From NCBI GenBank assembly GCA_963827475.1, contig CAWHAZ010000005.1, forward strand, positions 128,001-192,000: DNA of 64,000 bases, written 5' to 3'. Below are positions 61,388 to 64,000 of this stretch, in pieces. Below the pieces are notes generated by a model. It had not been told where the DNA came from, did not search any database, and saw nothing but the letters and a program-made list of their open reading frames with translations. The first letter of the stretch is position 1. Every line of letters starts with the position of its first letter. Position numbers and translations under genes: made by a program. This DNA comes from an uncultured Chloroflexia bacterium. GTDB lineage: Bacteria; Chloroflexota; Limnocylindria; QHBO01.

Positions 61388-61924
61388 ATGCTTCGTCCCG
61401 GCCGGTGGCGCTACCTGCGCTCCGCCAAAGTCATGCTCCAGCTGCCCACCTACGCCCGCCTGGTGTGGGGACTCGCTCGCGATGCCCGCACGCCGATCGG
61501 CCTGAAGCTGCTGCTCGGCGCCGCGCTGACCTACGTGGTCACCCCGGTCGACCTGATCCCGGACGTGGTGCCCATCCTCGGGCACGCCGACGACCTGACC
61601 GTCCTGCTCCTGGTCCTCGACCTGTTCATCAGCAATGCGCCGGTCGCGGTTCGGGAGGAGCACTTGGCACGAGCCCGGACGGGTGAGGGCCAGCTGGACG
61701 AGGATCTGGCCCAGCTGCGTGTCCTGCTGGGTGATCGGTTCGACCGGATCCGCGACAACCTGCCGCTGCTGCTCGAACGGTTCGGTGCGCTGGGGGACTC
61801 CGACGCCGTCAAGCGCCAGATCGGCGAATGGCGGTCGGCGCGGAGCCGGCCGGCTCGGTCCAGGGCCCGGCGGTCCAGGCCCGCGAAGTCCGGGCCGGCG
61901 CAGACCACAGTGGAGGCGGAATGA
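61388..61924 (+). CDS. YkvA/DUF1232 family protein
   Basis: YVVTPVDLIPDVVPILGHADD. Confidence 0.88.
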   Translation: MLRPGRWRYLRSAKVMLQLPTYARLVWGLARDARTPIGLKLLLGAALTYVVTPVDLIPDVVPILGHADDLTVLLLVLDLFISNAPVAVREEHLARARTGEGQLDEDLAQLRVLLGDRFDRIRDNLPLLLERFGALGDSDAVKRQIGEWRSARSRPARSRARRSRPAKSGPAQTTVEAE

Positions 61925-62367
61925 AGGTCATCCTCAAACGTGACGTGAAGGGCCTCGGCCGCGAGGGCGACCTTCGCGAGGTGAAGGACGGGTACGCCCG
62001 CAACCATCTCATCCCGACCGGGGCGGCGGTCCTCGCCGACCTCGGCGCGGTCCGCAACTGGGAGCGGCATCGCGACCAGCGGGACGAGCGAGACCGGTCG
62101 GTCCGTGCCGACGCGGAGGCCACCGCCGAGCGGATCGGGAGCCTCTCCCTGCAGATCGGCGTCAAGGCCGGCGAGCGAGACCGGCTGTTCGGGTCGGTCA
62201 CGACCCGCGACATCGCCGACCGGCTGCGCCAGGAGGGCATCGAGATCGACCGCCACGACATCCACCTGCGCGAGCCGATCAAAACCGTCGGCGAGCACGA
62301 GGTCCGGGTCCATGTCCTGGCCGGGGTCGAGGCCCAGCTCAAGGTGGAGGTCGTCGCCGAGCACTGA
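61921..62367 (+). CDS. rplI: 50S ribosomal protein L9
   Basis: MKVILKRDVKGLG...VKDGYARNHLIP...LFGSVT...PIKTVG. Confidence 0.97.
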   Translation: MKVILKRDVKGLGREGDLREVKDGYARNHLIPTGAAVLADLGAVRNWERHRDQRDERDRSVRADAEATAERIGSLSLQIGVKAGERDRLFGSVTTRDIADRLRQEGIEIDRHDIHLREPIKTVGEHEVRVHVLAGVEAQLKVEVVAEH

Positions 62368-62416
62368 CCGGTCGCGACAGACAGCTGTCGCGGGTCCCGG
62401 CTATCAGTGAAGGGTG

Positions 62417-62469
62417 TTCTCCACAGCGCGCCGACAGGTTCGAGCCGCTTATCCCCGACGCCGTTTGAC
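62417..62469 (+). promoter_or_regulatory. Two DnaA-box-like 9-mers and a TTGACA upstream of dnaB
   Basis: TTCTCCACA 62417-62425, TTATCCCCG 62449-62457, TTGACA near 62465. Confidence 0.4.
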
Positions 62470-62525
62470 ATCGGTTCATAAGGCGGTATCCGCCGACAAC
62501 GCGGATGCGTACGGTCACCGAACGC

Positions 62526-63881
62526 ATGAGCATTGACCGCGTCGCCCCCCAGGCGGTCGAAGCCGAGCAGAGCGTGCTCGGCTCGATCCTCATCGACCCC
62601 GAGGCCATCCTCAAGGTCGGCGACTTCCTGCACGGATCCGATTTCTACCGGCCGCAGCACGCGGACATCTACGAGGCCATGCTCGCGCTCCACACCCAGC
62701 GCGAGCCGATCGACCTCGTCACCCTCGGCGATGAGCTGACCCGACACGACAAGCTGGAGGGCGTCGGTGGGCCGGCCTACCTGGCCACCCTGATGAACGC
62801 GGTCCCGACCGCGGTCCACGTCGAGCACTACGGGCGGATCGTCGAGCAGAAGGCCGTCCTCCGGAACCTGATCGCGGCCGCCGGGCGGATCGCGGCCGTC
62901 GGCTACGAGGAGGCCAACGACACGGCCGCGGCCATCGACCGGGCCGAGTCCATCCTGTTCGAGATCAGCCAGCGGCGCACGGTCGCCGGCTTCGAGACCC
63001 TGGCCACCCTCCTCGGCCAGGCCTACGACCGGCTGGAGTACCTCCACGAGCACCGCGGACAGATCCTCGGCATCCCGACCGGCCTGGCCGGGCTGGACAC
63101 CCTGCTCGGCGGATTCCAGCCCTCGGACCTCGTCATCCTCGCCGCGCGGCCCAGCGTGGGAAAGACGAGCCTGGCGCTCAACGTCGCGCTCCACGCCGCG
63201 GTCCACGAGCAGAAACGGGTCGCCATCTTCTCGCTCGAGATGAGCCGCGAGCAGCTCGCGCTCCGGCTCCTGTCCTCGGAGACCGGGATCAACCCGCGCC
63301 CCCTCCAGACCGGGTTCATGGAGGAGACGGACTGGTCGAAGATCGCCAAGGTGATGAACGACATGGCCACGGCCCGGATGTGGATCGACGACTCGCCCAC
63401 CTTGTCGGTGCTGGAGCTGCGGACCAAGGCTCGGCGACTGGAAGTCGAGCAGCAGGGCATCGACCTCGTGATCGTCGACTACCTCCAGCTGATGCAGGCC
63501 TCGACCCCGACCCGCGAGCCGAATCGGGTCCAGGAGGTGAGCGAGATCAGCCGTGGGCTGAAGAACCTGGCCCGCGAGCTGAAGGTCCCGGTTCTCGCCC
63601 TGTCGCAGCTGTCGCGCAACGTGGAGCAGCGGGGCAGCGCTGAGCCGCGCCTGTCGGACCTCCGCGAGTCCGGCTCGCTCGAGCAGGACGCGGACGTCGT
63701 CATCTTCCTGTACCGGGCTGAAGGGGAGCCCAACCCCGATGCCGACCTCGAACTGGTCAAGGCCAAGATCGCGAAGCACCGCAACGGCCCGATCGGGGAG
63801 GTCCCGCTTCAGTTCCGTCGGACCCAGACCCGCTTCTACTCGGTCGCGGCTCGGGAAGAGGTCGAAGTCACCCCGTATTAA
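62526..63881 (+). CDS. dnaB: Replicative DNA helicase
   Basis: EAEQSVLG, AARPSVGKT, FSLEM, VDYLQLM, LSQLSR, DLRESGSLEQDAD, KHRNGP. Confidence 0.98.
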   Translation: MSIDRVAPQAVEAEQSVLGSILIDPEAILKVGDFLHGSDFYRPQHADIYEAMLALHTQREPIDLVTLGDELTRHDKLEGVGGPAYLATLMNAVPTAVHVEHYGRIVEQKAVLRNLIAAAGRIAAVGYEEANDTAAAIDRAESILFEISQRRTVAGFETLATLLGQAYDRLEYLHEHRGQILGIPTGLAGLDTLLGGFQPSDLVILAARPSVGKTSLALNVALHAAVHEQKRVAIFSLEMSREQLALRLLSSETGINPRPLQTGFMEETDWSKIAKVMNDMATARMWIDDSPTLSVLELRTKARRLEVEQQGIDLVIVDYLQLMQASTPTREPNRVQEVSEISRGLKNLARELKVPVLALSQLSRNVEQRGSAEPRLSDLRESGSLEQDADVVIFLYRAEGEPNPDADLELVKAKIAKHRNGPIGEVPLQFRRTQTRFYSVAAREEVEVTPY

Positions 63882-63955
63882 GGGGGTTCCCTGCGCTCCA
63901 TCGGCGTGTCATCATCGGCCGCTGGTTACGTCCCCGAACGCTGAGGAGAGGGCCT

Positions 63956-64000
63956 GTGTTCACTGACAAAACCATCCCATGCCGTGATTGCGGGATGGAA
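63956..64000 (+). CDS. Zinc-ribbon protein, N-terminal fragment (truncated by window edge)
   Basis: GAGGAG RBS; MFTDKTIPCRDCGME. Confidence 0.7.
   Translation, partial: MFTDKTIPCRDCGME

Overview
High-GC bacterial chromosomal segment with about 60 CDS and no rRNA, complete tRNA, CRISPR array, integrase or transposase. A Chloroflexota origin is inferred, not proven, from an FMN-riboswitch-controlled RibXY-like ABC transporter, GAAC-N4-GTTC LexA boxes and sortase-like C-terminal signals. Many otherwise intact genes carry single-base frameshifts, most likely long-read consensus errors. Content: PduO adenosyltransferase, a LAL/LuxR regulator module, a two-component system, tandem J-domain paralogues, fumC, a TPR-adenylate cyclase, amine/amino-acid catabolism (aldehyde dehydrogenases, class III aminotransferase, CoA-transferase, tdh-kbl, dispersed hutH/hutU/ftcD/cyclodeaminase/folD), pyrD, argS, two surface proteins (one with four near-identical ~366-bp DUF11 repeats), a lexA-alkZ-dinB SOS cassette, rplI and dnaB. 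Best candidates for novelty: (1) an intergenic sRNA-like element at ~38848-38935 (hairpin, exposed anti-Shine-Dalgarno tract, terminator); (2) a shared IP[ND]TA-TM-LAYANVR-xx-[RK]QRR sorting signal plus shared terminator on two otherwise dissimilar surface proteins; (3) a small ImuB-C/DUF6504-like gene behind dinB with its own leaderless SOS promoter; (4) a 27-nt palindromic operator flanking the LAL regulator; (5) pervasive leaderless promoters, including an identical 21-nt start region for hutU and ftcD. All family assignments are from motif recognition by eye; no searches were run.
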